The position numbers and the translations under genes are program-made. Below are positions 38,284-49,594 of a DNA stretch of 64,000 nucleotides, one piece after another. The notes beneath the pieces were generated by a model. The model was not told where the DNA came from, made no database searches, and was given only the letters and a program-made list of their open reading frames with translations. The stretch is from the NCBI GenBank assembly GCA_039809985.1, contig JBDHWC010000002.1:21917-85916 (forward strand). Reading direction: 5' to 3'. How positions within the stretch are numbered: the first letter of the stretch is position 1; each line of letters begins with the position of its first letter. Source of the stretch: Thermomicrobiales bacterium (GTDB lineage: Bacteria > Chloroflexota > Chloroflexia > Thermomicrobiales > UBA6265).

Positions 38284-38862
38284 TCAGGCATCGCTCTCGC
38301 TCAGGAGCGACGGGTCGAGCACCGCGATGTACGGCAGGTTCCGGTAGCGCCCCGCAAAGTCGAGTCCGTAGCCGACGACGAACTCGTCAGGAATCCGGAA
38401 ACCGATCTTGTCGACCTGCACGTCGACGGCGTCCGGCTTGTCCTTGGTCAGGAGGGCAACGACCGTGATGTCCTTCGGGTTGCGGCGCTGGAGGACGTCG
38501 AGCAGGTATTTCAGGGTCAGGCCGCTGTCCACGATGTCCTCGACCACCAGCACTCGCCGGCCCTCGATGTCGCGGTCGAGGTCCTTCAGGATCCGCACCA
38601 CCCCTGAGCTCCGGGTCGCGTCGCCGTAGGACGAGATCGCCATGAAGTCGATCTCGACCGGCACCGTCATCTGCTTCATCAGGTCGCTCATGAAGGCGAC
38701 CGCGCCGTTGAGCACCCCGACCATCAGTGGCACGTCGCTCTGGTAGAGGTCGTCAAGCTCCGCGGCCAGCTCGGCCGTGCGGCCGGCGATCGTCGGCTGG
38801 TCGACCAGCACGCGCCGCACCCCGCGCGCTCGCAGTTCCGGCTTCGCCCCGGCTTCGGTCAC
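38284..38862 (-). CDS. hpt: hypoxanthine phosphoribosyltransferase
   Basis: GVLNGA, ISSYG, VVEDIVDSGLTL, FVVGYGLD..RNLPYI. Confidence 0.96.
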   Translation of the reverse strand: MTEAGAKPELRARGVRRVLVDQPTIAGRTAELAAELDDLYQSDVPLMVGVLNGAVAFMSDLMKQMTVPVEIDFMAISSYGDATRSSGVVRILKDLDRDIEGRRVLVVEDIVDSGLTLKYLLDVLQRRNPKDITVVALLTKDKPDAVDVQVDKIGFRIPDEFVVGYGLDFAGRYRNLPYIAVLDPSLLSESDA

Positions 38863-39938
38863 CGTGTCGCTCCTCCCCGCTCCCCGTCGCAGCTTGAAAG
38901 GGCCACGAGCGTCGTCCGCGTCCGCCGCACGGCCCGCCCGTTCCCGAGTTCGACCACGCTGCCGTTCTCGCCCGTCTCGGCCAGTCGCAGCAACGCTTCC
39001 GTCCGCTCCCGCGAGATCGGCGGCGAACCGCAGGCTTCGTCAACCCACCGCCGCACGAGGCGGCTCCGCAGTCCCCTCGGCGCATCGCGCAGTTCGGCGA
39101 GCGTCAGCGTCCCGTCGTTTCCGCGAGCACGTGCCAGCCAGTCTTCGCACAGTGAGCCGATGACCGCCTCGTCGTCCGCAGCGAGCGCAGCGTACCGTGT
39201 CAGCGCCGTGGTCGATCCCGGCATCAGCTGCTCGAACAGCGGCAGGAGCTGATGCCGGATCGCGTTGCGCCGGAAAACCGGATCGTCATTGGAAGAGTCG
39301 GCGTTCGGCTGAAACCCTGCTTGACCGACGTAGGCCACGAGGTCCGTCCGCCGTTCCTCGAGGAGCGGACGCCAGACGCGCCACTCGCAGGCGGGCTCGT
39401 CCGATGCCCACCATGGAACGGTCAGCGGCGTCAGCTCGCGCATTCCGCTCGCGCCGAGGGTGCCCGCCCCTCGCCCGAGATGCAGGAGGACGGTCTCGGC
39501 TTGGTCCTCGGCGTGGTGGGCGAGCGCGATGATTTCTGTGCCGTGCCCGCGTGCCGTCAAGGCCAGCCCGCGAAACCGTTCGCGCCGCAACGCCTCCTCT
39601 GGGCCGACACCCGGATGGAGGTCGCGCGCAGGCCGCGCGAGGACGTGCGGCGCAAACGCCAGCCCGAGTTGGTTCGCCAGCACCTGCGCGGCTGTCCGGT
39701 CCGCGCCAGACTCCGGGCGCGCCACATGGTCGACATGGCAGAGGACCGGCACCACGCCCGCCCGCGACGCAACTCTGGCAAGGCCGACGGCGAGGGCAAG
39801 CGAATCGGGTCCGCCAGAAAAGCCGACAACGACCCTCTGGCCGGCTGCGAGGCGCAACCGGCTCAGCCTGTCGAGCAGGCGCTGCTCGATGCCGAGGAGA
39901 GCATTGGCCGGGAGAGCGCCGACGCGAGTCAACGCCAC
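38859..39938 (-). CDS. tilS: tRNA(Ile)-lysidine synthetase
   Basis: PP-loop SGGPDS, VDH, AHHAEDQAETVL..RGAG, RPLL, DSSN..RNAIRH; tilS-hpt-ftsH synteny. Start moved to a GTG 3' of the tRNA. Confidence 0.93.
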   Translation of the reverse strand: MALTRVGALPANALLGIEQRLLDRLSRLRLAAGQRVVVGFSGGPDSLALAVGLARVASRAGVVPVLCHVDHVARPESGADRTAAQVLANQLGLAFAPHVLARPARDLHPGVGPEEALRRERFRGLALTARGHGTEIIALAHHAEDQAETVLLHLGRGAGTLGASGMRELTPLTVPWWASDEPACEWRVWRPLLEERRTDLVAYVGQAGFQPNADSSNDDPVFRRNAIRHQLLPLFEQLMPGSTTALTRYAALAADDEAVIGSLCEDWLARARGNDGTLTLAELRDAPRGLRSRLVRRWVDEACGSPPISRERTEALLRLAETGENGSVVELGNGRAVRRTRTTLVALSSCDGERGGATR

Positions 39939-39964
39939 AGTCTTCGGGAACGGCGCGGGGCGCG

Positions 39965-40039
39965 TGGTGCCGACGGGTGGACTCGAACCACCGGCCAAGG
40001 GCTTATGAGTCCCTTGCTCTGCCTCTGAGCTACGTCGGC
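39965..40039 (-). tRNA. tRNA with CAT anticodon (probably tRNA-Ile2; elongator Met not excluded)
   Basis: GCCGACG/CGTCGGC acceptor, discriminator A plus encoded CCA, anticodon loop CTCATAA; paired G1-C72, so not an initiator. Confidence 0.92.
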
Positions 40040-40064
40040 GAGGTGCGTCCTCACGGCACGGCGC

Positions 40065-40093
40065 AGTCTAACGGAGCCGTCCGAGGCGGTCAA
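40065..40093 (-). promoter_or_regulatory. promoter for tRNA(CAT)-tilS-hpt
   Basis: Minus strand TTGACC-17 nt-TAGACT, about 25 nt upstream of the tRNA. Confidence 0.6.
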
Positions 40094-40319
40094 ACTCGGC
40101 GTGGGTTCGCCGTGCGGTCAACGATGCCCTGTTGGGTGCCCAACAATGCCCCGACCCGGCGCATGCCGCCAGAATCGGACACCGCGCTCCCGAGCAGATG
40201 GCTGGCAGGACACGATGAATGGCGATTTCCGCCACTCTGTGCTACCGTGAGGGTCGTCTGAGGGGTCCACGGTCGCTCAACGGAGGTGGCAAGGACTGGC
40301 GTCCGCCAATGCTCACCGG

Positions 40320-40393
40320 TACCCCCAGCGGGATTCGAACCCGCGATCTTCACCTTGAAAGGGTGACGTCCTAGGCCGCTAGACTATGGGGGC
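40320..40393 (-). tRNA. tRNA-Glu(TTC)
   Basis: GCCCCCA/TGGGGGT acceptor, D-arm GTCTAGCGGCCTAGGAC, anticodon arm TCACC-CTTTCAA-GGTGA, T-loop TTCGAAT. Confidence 0.95.
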
Positions 40394-40403
40394 AGGCCCC
40401 GCA

Positions 40404-40433
40404 ACAATATCGCCAGTTCGCGCGGCGTGTCAA
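40404..40433 (-). promoter_or_regulatory. promoter of tRNA-Glu
   Basis: Minus strand TTGACA-18 nt-TATTGT. Confidence 0.55.
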
Positions 40434-40579
40434 CGGAATGCTGGCAAACCCGCCGGTCGGCCTCACCAGTGGCCCGGAACGCCGATCTTCCGAGCAACCC
40501 CGCCAGGGCGCGAACCTCCAACGACATCGGCGGCACGAACGGCCGCCCGGCGCCTCCTGAACACGTGGTGAGGAACGAC

Positions 40580-41848
40580 ATGACCGAACGCGATGCGTCA
40601 ACGGGAACGGTCACGACACTCGAGGCCGACCCCGTCGCGCCGTTCGCGCAGGAGCCGATGGACGACCCGGTCGCCGCCGACGGCAAGTCCGCCGACCGCC
40701 GGGCCGCCCGCGACCTGAAGCGGGCCGGGCGAGCGGAACGCCGCGCCGACCGCAAGGGCGGCAGCGCGAACGGCACTGCGCCGGACGCGGAGGACTCGCT
40801 GTCCCCGGTTTCGCGATCGATCCCCCTGACCGAACTGCCACTCGTCGGCCCGACCACCGACATCCGCCCCGATCCGGTGGTGGTCATCCTGCCGCCGTCG
40901 GAGCAGCCGGCCGCTGACGTGCTCACCGCCCTCGCCGCGGACTCGAGCGACGAAGCCGTGGCGATTGGCGAAGAGCCGGGGGCGGCTCCGCCGACCGACA
41001 GCCGGCAAGCGCGACGGGCCGACCGGCAATCCGCGCGTGCCGTTCGACGGGACTCCAAGAGTGGAGCCGAAAGCACCGCCGCAGTCGCGGCCGTCGCAAC
41101 CAACACGGACGCCGACGCGACCGCGCCGGCACCGGCCGACGGTTCGGCACCCGCCGCACAGCCGGCGTCCTTGATTCGGCCCCAGTTGGCCATCGTTCCG
41201 GGTGAGGACAAGGAGAAGCAGACGGCGAAGGCGATCGCCCGCATCGAGTCGCAGCACCGACAGGCCGAGGCGGCGATCGCCGGCGTCGACCTGCAAGGCG
41301 CGGCGATCGCCCCGCTGATCCGCTACGTCAACGCGATCTCGCACCAGCTCAACGAGTCGCAGAAGGCGATCGGCAAGCTTCAGGTTGAGCGCGACGCGCT
41401 GCGCACCCAAGTCATCGGTCTCAACGGCGTGCCGGTCGACGTTGACGCGCTGGCCGAGCAAGCCGGCAGCGCCGACCACCTCGCCGAGTCGGCAAAGCTG
41501 AGCCGACGGGAAGGCCGCAAGCCGGAGACGGAGAAGGAGCCGAAGACCGTCGAGGACATGGGCCGCCAGCGGCGTCTGATCGCCCTCGCCGGCCTCGCCG
41601 TGCTCGGCGCCGTCGCGTTGATCCTCCGCGTGACCTCCCATGCGGTCGATCTGTCCAACGTCTCGAAGAACGGCCTCGGCAGCGTGGCGATCATCGGCAG
41701 CTTCATGCAGGTGTTCCTGGCCGGGATGATCTTCTACCGCCTGATCCGCATCGGCGGCCGCGGCGCCAAGTGGCTCTTCCCGGAGAACGACCCGAAGGCT
41801 CAGAAGAAACTTGCCCAGGCGAAGCCGACGGGGCGAAAGCGGGGCTGA
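40580..41848 (+). CDS. hypothetical protein: disordered N-terminus, coiled coil, two C-terminal TM helices
   Basis: Ala/Pro/Asp-rich region; heptad segment ISHQLNESQKAIGKLQVERDALRTQV; two hydrophobic helices; GAGG RBS. Confidence 0.7.
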   Translation: MTERDASTGTVTTLEADPVAPFAQEPMDDPVAADGKSADRRAARDLKRAGRAERRADRKGGSANGTAPDAEDSLSPVSRSIPLTELPLVGPTTDIRPDPVVVILPPSEQPAADVLTALAADSSDEAVAIGEEPGAAPPTDSRQARRADRQSARAVRRDSKSGAESTAAVAAVATNTDADATAPAPADGSAPAAQPASLIRPQLAIVPGEDKEKQTAKAIARIESQHRQAEAAIAGVDLQGAAIAPLIRYVNAISHQLNESQKAIGKLQVERDALRTQVIGLNGVPVDVDALAEQAGSADHLAESAKLSRREGRKPETEKEPKTVEDMGRQRRLIALAGLAVLGAVALILRVTSHAVDLSNVSKNGLGSVAIIGSFMQVFLAGMIFYRLIRIGGRGAKWLFPENDPKAQKKLAQAKPTGRKRG

Positions 41849-41860
41849 TCCCCTCCGCCG

Positions 41861-43390
41861 TCACAGCAGCACGGTCAACAGCACCCCGAGCAGCGCACCC
41901 CCGACAAGGCCGATCCAGTCGAGCCGGGGGTGCGCCTTCGCGTCTCCCCCGCCGAGGTCGCGCCTCGCCCGTCTGACCAGTTGGCGTCCGTCGGCACTTG
42001 CCAGCACGATCGCCGCGGCGACGCCGACCGACAACACCAGCGCCGGCACGTCGCCGGGACGGCCCAACGGCTCGCTCGCCCATCCCGTCGCGCCGAACCG
42101 GTCGACGATCCCGAGCGCCAGCGAGGTCGCCAGCCGCGCCGGCACGGCGAGCGCTTCCCCGAGCGGGTACCAGACCAAGGCCCCCACTGCGGCGACCGCG
42201 CTGCCGACGAACGCCAGCTCGGCTGGGACAGCGATCAGCACGTTCGTCGGCAGCCCGGCGAGCGCCACCGTGCCGACCACCGGCAGCAGCACCGGCAGCG
42301 TGGCGATCTCGGCGACGGCCGTCGCGACGAGCGCCGCCACCAGCCAGCCGAACCGGCCCTCGGGTCGCATCCCGGTCATCACCAGCGCGAGGGCGAGCGA
42401 GGCCACCATCGACAGTCGAAACGAGAGCGACCAGATGTCCTGTGGCCGGGCCAGCACCTCGATCGCCCCGGCGAGGAGGATCAGCGTCACGAAGTCCGGC
42501 TTGCGACCGACGCGGAACGCCAGCACGGCGGCGGACGCCACCACCGCCGCCCGCAGCGCCGGCGGTTCGAGCCCGACCAGCACCGCGTAAGCCCAGACAG
42601 CAGCGACGACGCCCACCTGCCAGCCAACGGCGCGGCCGACGCCGAGCAGTCCACCCGCGCCGACGAGAATCACCACCAGCAACGCGAGGTTGGAACCGCT
42701 GACCGCCGTCAGGTGGACGGTGCTGGTCCGGACGAACGCCTCGTGCCGTGCGTCGGTGAGGGCGTTGTCGTCGCCGGTGACGAACCCGCTCATCAGCACC
42801 CCGGCGTCGCCCGGCGCGGCGTGCTGGAGCGCCATCGACATCCGGCCCCGCAGCAGGGCCATTGCCCGCAATGGGCCCGACCCCGGCTGGTCGACCGCGA
42901 GTCGCGAGGCGAAGACCGTGCCGCCGCAGCCGCGACTCTCCAGCCATGTGCGGACCGCGACCGGCTGGTCGTCGGTTCGCTCAAACGAACCCGCGAACCA
43001 GAGCCGGTCCCCGAGCGCCACGGTCGGGTACGCCTCGGCCGCGAGGCAGACTCTGCCCTCGGCCGGGCGACGTCCGATGTCCGTGGCGATGCGGTCGACG
43101 GCTACCACCGTCTGCTGATACTGCCCGTTGGTCGATGGCGCGGCAACCACCACGCCTTCGGCGGCCTCGGCCTCGTCCAGCCACGCGATCGCCGGCACCG
43201 TCAGCGGCGGCTCGTGCCGCGCCGCTCCCGCCGCGGCCGCGAGCAGAACGAACGCGGCAGCCGCCAGTTCCGCCCGCCCGGGCCGTCGCCAAACCCAGAC
43301 CAGCGCCGTCGCGCCGCCAACCAGCCCGACCACCGGCCAGCCGAACGCGGACGCGAAAATGACCGCCAGCGCGGCAGCGATCCCGGTCAC
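41861..43390 (-). CDS. comEC: ComEC/Rec2 competence channel protein (no C-terminal MBL domain)
   Basis: OB-like region, VHLTAVSGSN, PPALRA, SLSFRLS, multiple TM helices. Confidence 0.9.
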   Translation of the reverse strand: MTGIAAALAVIFASAFGWPVVGLVGGATALVWVWRRPGRAELAAAAFVLLAAAAGAARHEPPLTVPAIAWLDEAEAAEGVVVAAPSTNGQYQQTVVAVDRIATDIGRRPAEGRVCLAAEAYPTVALGDRLWFAGSFERTDDQPVAVRTWLESRGCGGTVFASRLAVDQPGSGPLRAMALLRGRMSMALQHAAPGDAGVLMSGFVTGDDNALTDARHEAFVRTSTVHLTAVSGSNLALLVVILVGAGGLLGVGRAVGWQVGVVAAVWAYAVLVGLEPPALRAAVVASAAVLAFRVGRKPDFVTLILLAGAIEVLARPQDIWSLSFRLSMVASLALALVMTGMRPEGRFGWLVAALVATAVAEIATLPVLLPVVGTVALAGLPTNVLIAVPAELAFVGSAVAAVGALVWYPLGEALAVPARLATSLALGIVDRFGATGWASEPLGRPGDVPALVLSVGVAAAIVLASADGRQLVRRARRDLGGGDAKAHPRLDWIGLVGGALLGVLLTVLL

Positions 43391-43400
43391 GCGGTCACGC

Positions 43401-44012
43401 TCACGGTGCGCTGATCATCGGCCGCATCTCGTCGATCATCCGCGGTGAAACTCCCTTCACGCGCGCGAGGTCGTCGACCGTCGCATAGGGCCCGTTCGCC
43501 TCACGGTCGGCCACGATACGGGCGGCCAGGGTCGGCCCGATCCCCGGCAACCGCTCCAGTTCGTCCGCTCCCGCTCGGTTGATATTGATCGTGCTGCCTT
43601 GGTCGCCCACCGGCGGCAACAACGCGGGCAATGACGTGCGGGTGGCATTCGCGCGCGTCGGGGCCGGTTTCGGTGTCCGCGTTGCGGTCGCCTCGGGTGT
43701 CGGCTGGATCGCCGGGATGTCGACGACCGGTGGCTGCCCGATCTGCCGGGCGACGTTGACCGAAGCGAGATCGGCGTCCGGGGCGAACCCGCCAGCGGCA
43801 TCGATCGCGTCGCCGTAGCGCGACCCGGCCGCGAGCGAGTAGGTGCCGGGCCGGGCCACCGCGCCGCGCACCTCGACCGAGATGCTGCCGAGCACCGCGG
43901 GCTGGTCGAGAACGAGGCGTGGCGCGGCCCGCTCGTCGGCCCAGGTCAGGAGGCCGAACACCGTGGCCAGCCCGAGGCCGACCGAGATGATCACCGCCAC
44001 GATCCGGGACAT
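43401..44012 (-). CDS. comEA: ComEA DNA receptor (SLBB + HhH)
   Basis: VEVRGAVARPGTY..AIDAAGG; ININRA..LERLPGIGPTLAARIV..RVKGV. Confidence 0.92.
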   Translation of the reverse strand: MSRIVAVIISVGLGLATVFGLLTWADERAAPRLVLDQPAVLGSISVEVRGAVARPGTYSLAAGSRYGDAIDAAGGFAPDADLASVNVARQIGQPPVVDIPAIQPTPEATATRTPKPAPTRANATRTSLPALLPPVGDQGSTININRAGADELERLPGIGPTLAARIVADREANGPYATVDDLARVKGVSPRMIDEMRPMISAP

Positions 44013-44209
44013 CGCGCGTCCGGTCCTCGCCCCGTGGGCCGTCGGCCCGGGCGGTGCGCCGGGTCGCGGCGCATCTTCGACGGTGGCCGGGGAGACCGCA
44101 AGCCGACAACGTGCTACCCTACCGCGCTCAGCGACGAGGGCGGGCCGTGCAGGCCGCGCCCCGTTGGTGGTTGCGCGTCGCTTCGCCGCGCCACCGTTCC
44201 GAGGTGCCG

Positions 44210-47200
44210 ATGTCCCTCTCCCATCTCCTGCCGAACGTCGTCGAGTCGCCGTCCGTCGCCGCAATCCTGGCCGCGGTCGCCGAAGGCGACATGCTCGGCC
44301 TGTCGGATGTGCCGTCCGCCGGGCGCCCGGTGGTTGCCGCAGCCCTCGCCGCCCGCGCCCCCGGCCCGCTGCTGATCGTCACGCCGCGCGCGGACCGGGC
44401 CGATCGGATGGCGGCCGCCCTCGGGACCTACTTGCCGCAAGGGCACGACCTGGCGCTCTGGCCCGCACCCGACGCGCTGCCGTTCGAGCAGTTGCCGTTC
44501 GACCTCGGCGTCGCCACCGAGCGGGTCCGGGTCCTCGACCGACTTGCCAACGCCGAAGCCGACGAGGGGCCGCCGCCGGTGGTGGTCACCTCGGTCAGCG
44601 GACTGTTGCACCTCGTCATGCCACCGGCGGCCCTCCGGGTCCACGCACGCAAGATCACCGTCGGCGGCCGGGTTGAGGTCGACTCGCTGCTGCACTGGGC
44701 CGTCGCGCACGGCTACCAGACCGTTCCGCTGGTCCAAGCCCCCGGCGAGCTGGCGCACCGCGGCGGCATCGTCGACCTCTTCCCGCCCGGCAACGACCTC
44801 CCGGTCCGGATCGACCTCTTCGGCGACGAGGTGGAGACGATCCGAACCTTCGACCCGTCCTCCCAGCGGTCCACTGCCCGCCTCCGCGAGATCCGGCTGC
44901 TGCCGCCGTCGGAACTGCCGATCTGGAACCTCGCGTCAGCGGCGGAGCGGCTCCGGCTCCTGCCGATCGACACACTCCGACCCGAGGTGGCGGCCGAGTG
45001 GCAGCGGATGCTGGACCAGATGGACGCCGGCGTCGTTCCCGCGTCGATTGACCTCTTCGCGCCCTACCTGCTCGATCGCGACGCGACTCTGGTCGACTAT
45101 CTCGGCGACCGGGCGACCGTGATCGTCGACGACCCGGCCGCCGTCGCCCTCGCCGCAAGTCAGCTCGCCGCTCAGGCCGCGGAACTCGAGCAGGCGTTCG
45201 TCGCCAACGCCGAGCTGCCGCCTGGCCTCGTCTCGCCGATCGCCACGTGGGAGCGCGTGTCGGAGCAGCTCGGCCTGTTCCCCGGCATCGCTTTTGGCGG
45301 CTCCCACGCGGATCGCCCTGCCGGCGTCGAGGACGCGCCCAACTTCGCCGGCCGTCTCGGCGACGTGGTCGAGCACGTCCGCGGCCGCCTCGCCGACGGA
45401 TGGCGGCTGGCGATCGCCACCGACCAAGTCGAACGGCTGACCGAGATCTTCGAGGACCACGACATCTTCCCGCGCCGGGACAAGCGGCGCGGCATCGACG
45501 CCGTCGCCGCCCTGCCGCTTCCCGCCGGCACCCTCGAGATTCGAGCCTCGGACCTCGACGGCGGCTGGGCGATGCCCGACGTGCGCACCTTGGTGCTGAG
45601 CGACCTGGAAATCTTCGGCTTCCGCAAGCAGGTTCGCCGGGCGCACCGGCGGCCCGGCTTCCAAGTGGACAGCGAGGCCTTCGCCCGCGGCTTGGTGCCG
45701 GGCGAGTTCGTCGTCCACGTCGACCACGGCGTTGCCCGGTTCGCCGGCCTCGCCCGGCTGGAGACGAACGGGGTCGAGCGGGAGTACATGCTCCTGACCT
45801 ACGCCAAGGACGAGAAGCTCTACGTGCCGGTCGACCAGAGCGACCGCGTCTCCCGCTACTCCGGCGGCGGTTTGGAGCCGACTCTCACCCGGCTCGGCTC
45901 CGGCGAGTGGGCGCAGGTCAAGCGCAAGGTGCGCAAGGCCGTCCGCGAGATGGCCTTCGAGCTGATCCAGCTCTACGCCGCCCGCGAGACGGCGACCGGC
46001 CACGCCTTCCCGGCCGACACCACGTGGGACCATGAACTGGCCGAGTCGTTCCCGTTCACCGAGACGCCCGACCAGCAACGGGCCATCGACGCCACCCGGG
46101 CCGACATGGAGTCGGCCGAGCCGATGGACCGCCTGATCTGCGGCGACGTCGGCTTCGGCAAGACCGAGGTCGCCCTTCGGGCGGCGTTCAAGGCCGTCAA
46201 CAACGGGCGGCAGGTGGCCGTGCTGGTGCCGACCACGGTGCTCGCCCTCCAGCACTTCACGACCTTCAGCCAGCGACTCGCCCCCTTCCCGGTCCGGGTC
46301 GAGATGCTCTCCCGCCTCCGCTCGAAAGCCGAGCAGCGCGAGACGCTCGAGGCGCTCGCCGACGGCGCGGTCGACATCGTGATCGGCACCCACCGGCTGG
46401 TGCAGCGCGACGTTGCCTTCCGCAACCTGGGACTCGTGGTGATCGACGAGGAGCAGCGCTTCGGCGTCCGCCAGAAGGAGTTCCTGAAGCAGCTGCGGAC
46501 CGAGGTCGACGTGATGACCATGAGCGCGACGCCGATCCCGCGCACCCTCCACATGGCCCTCGCCGGCATCCGCGACATCAGCATCATCGACACCGCGCCG
46601 CAACTGCGGCTGCCGGTTCGCACCTTCGTCACCGCACGCTCCGACCAGCTCGTGCGCGAGGCGATCCTGCGCGAGCTGGACCGTGGCGGGCAGGTCTACT
46701 TCGTCCACAACCGGGTCCACGACATCGACCATCAGCTGGCCAAGCTGAAGGAACTGGTCCCCGAGGCCCGACTCGGCGTCGGCCACGGCCAGATGGACGA
46801 GGACGTGCTGGAGGAGGTCGTCCTCGGCTTCGTCCGCCACGACTTCGACGTGCTGCTGTCGACGACGATCATCGAGTCCGGCATCGACATCCCGAACGTC
46901 AACACGATCGTCATCGACAACGCCGACACGCTCGGCCTCACCCAGCTCTACCAGCTGCGGGGCCGCGTCGGCCGCAGCGCGAACCGGGCCTACGCCTACC
47001 TCCTCTTCAAGCCGGACAAGTCCCTCTCGGACGAGGCGCACGAACGCCTCGACGCGATCCAAGAAGCAACCGAGCTCGGGGCGGGCCTGAAGGTCGCCAT
47101 GCGCGACATGGAAATCCGCGGCGCGGGCAATGTCCTCGGCGCGGAGCAGAGCGGGCACATCGCCGCCATCGGGTACGAACTGTACATTCGCCTTCTCAGC

Positions 47201-47710
47201 CAGGCAGTCGAGGAAATCCGGGCCGGCCAGCCGGTCGACGACCGAGGCCCCGTCACGCTCGACCTGCCGCTCACGGCTCTCATCCCGGTCGACTACATCC
47301 CGGACACCGAACTGCGACTGGCCACCTACCGCCGGGTGGCGGGGGTGGCCAGCCTCCCGGAGCTCGCCGCCATGCGCGACGAACTCGACGATCGGTTCGG
47401 GCCAGCGCCGGAGGAGGTCGAGCACCTGCTGGCCCTCATCGCCCTCCGGGTCAGGGCCGAGGCGCTCGGCATCGAGTCGATGGTCGAGCGCGAGCGCGAG
47501 ATCGTCCTGCGCCCGGTCGAGACCGCCGGGCTCGGACCCCGGCTGCGGAGTCGCCTCGGGCCGGCCCTGAAATTGACGCCGAACTCGGTCAGGCTGCGGC
47601 TGGCCGACCTCGCGATGCCGTGGCAGGAGGCGATCGACCTCGTCCTCGACGCGATTCCGCCACGGGCGGCGCCCGTCGCGGACGAGGCCGCCGTCGCCCT
47701 CGCGCGTTGA
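44210..47710 (+). CDS. mfd: transcription-repair coupling factor
   Basis: RGGIVDLFP, VVHVDHGV, GDVGFGKTEVA, DEEQRFG, SATPIPRTL, QLRGRVGR, RDMEIRGAGN. Confidence 0.98.
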   Translation: MSLSHLLPNVVESPSVAAILAAVAEGDMLGLSDVPSAGRPVVAAALAARAPGPLLIVTPRADRADRMAAALGTYLPQGHDLALWPAPDALPFEQLPFDLGVATERVRVLDRLANAEADEGPPPVVVTSVSGLLHLVMPPAALRVHARKITVGGRVEVDSLLHWAVAHGYQTVPLVQAPGELAHRGGIVDLFPPGNDLPVRIDLFGDEVETIRTFDPSSQRSTARLREIRLLPPSELPIWNLASAAERLRLLPIDTLRPEVAAEWQRMLDQMDAGVVPASIDLFAPYLLDRDATLVDYLGDRATVIVDDPAAVALAASQLAAQAAELEQAFVANAELPPGLVSPIATWERVSEQLGLFPGIAFGGSHADRPAGVEDAPNFAGRLGDVVEHVRGRLADGWRLAIATDQVERLTEIFEDHDIFPRRDKRRGIDAVAALPLPAGTLEIRASDLDGGWAMPDVRTLVLSDLEIFGFRKQVRRAHRRPGFQVDSEAFARGLVPGEFVVHVDHGVARFAGLARLETNGVEREYMLLTYAKDEKLYVPVDQSDRVSRYSGGGLEPTLTRLGSGEWAQVKRKVRKAVREMAFELIQLYAARETATGHAFPADTTWDHELAESFPFTETPDQQRAIDATRADMESAEPMDRLICGDVGFGKTEVALRAAFKAVNNGRQVAVLVPTTVLALQHFTTFSQRLAPFPVRVEMLSRLRSKAEQRETLEALADGAVDIVIGTHRLVQRDVAFRNLGLVVIDEEQRFGVRQKEFLKQLRTEVDVMTMSATPIPRTLHMALAGIRDISIIDTAPQLRLPVRTFVTARSDQLVREAILRELDRGGQVYFVHNRVHDIDHQLAKLKELVPEARLGVGHGQMDEDVLEEVVLGFVRHDFDVLLSTTIIESGIDIPNVNTIVIDNADTLGLTQLYQLRGRVGRSANRAYAYLLFKPDKSLSDEAHERLDAIQEATELGAGLKVAMRDMEIRGAGNVLGAEQSGHIAAIGYELYIRLLSQAVEEIRAGQPVDDRGPVTLDLPLTALIPVDYIPDTELRLATYRRVAGVASLPELAAMRDELDDRFGPAPEEVEHLLALIALRVRAEALGIESMVEREREIVLRPVETAGLGPRLRSRLGPALKLTPNSVRLRLADLAMPWQEAIDLVLDAIPPRAAPVADEAAVALAR

Positions 47711-47773
47711 CACGACGCGGGCCGCACGTCGCCGTGCGGCCCGCGCTCGGGGTCTTGTGCTCGGACGCGCGCC

Positions 47774-49594
<1,821 letters not shown>

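Noticed and set aside
39939-39998. N-terminal extension of the tilS ORF
   Set aside because: It overlaps the tRNA gene; the downstream GTG at 39938 is more plausible.
40094-40319. Possible small gene or sRNA between the two tRNAs
   Set aside because: The ORFs there overlap tRNA-Glu or lack coding-like composition; no recognisable RNA structure.
44936-47713. Very long antisense ORFs (also 47876..50659, 61052..63859, 10344..12653, 5644..7962, 15265..17502)
   Set aside because: Mirror-frame artefacts of GC-rich coding strands; no recognisable motifs, and each overlaps a well-supported gene.
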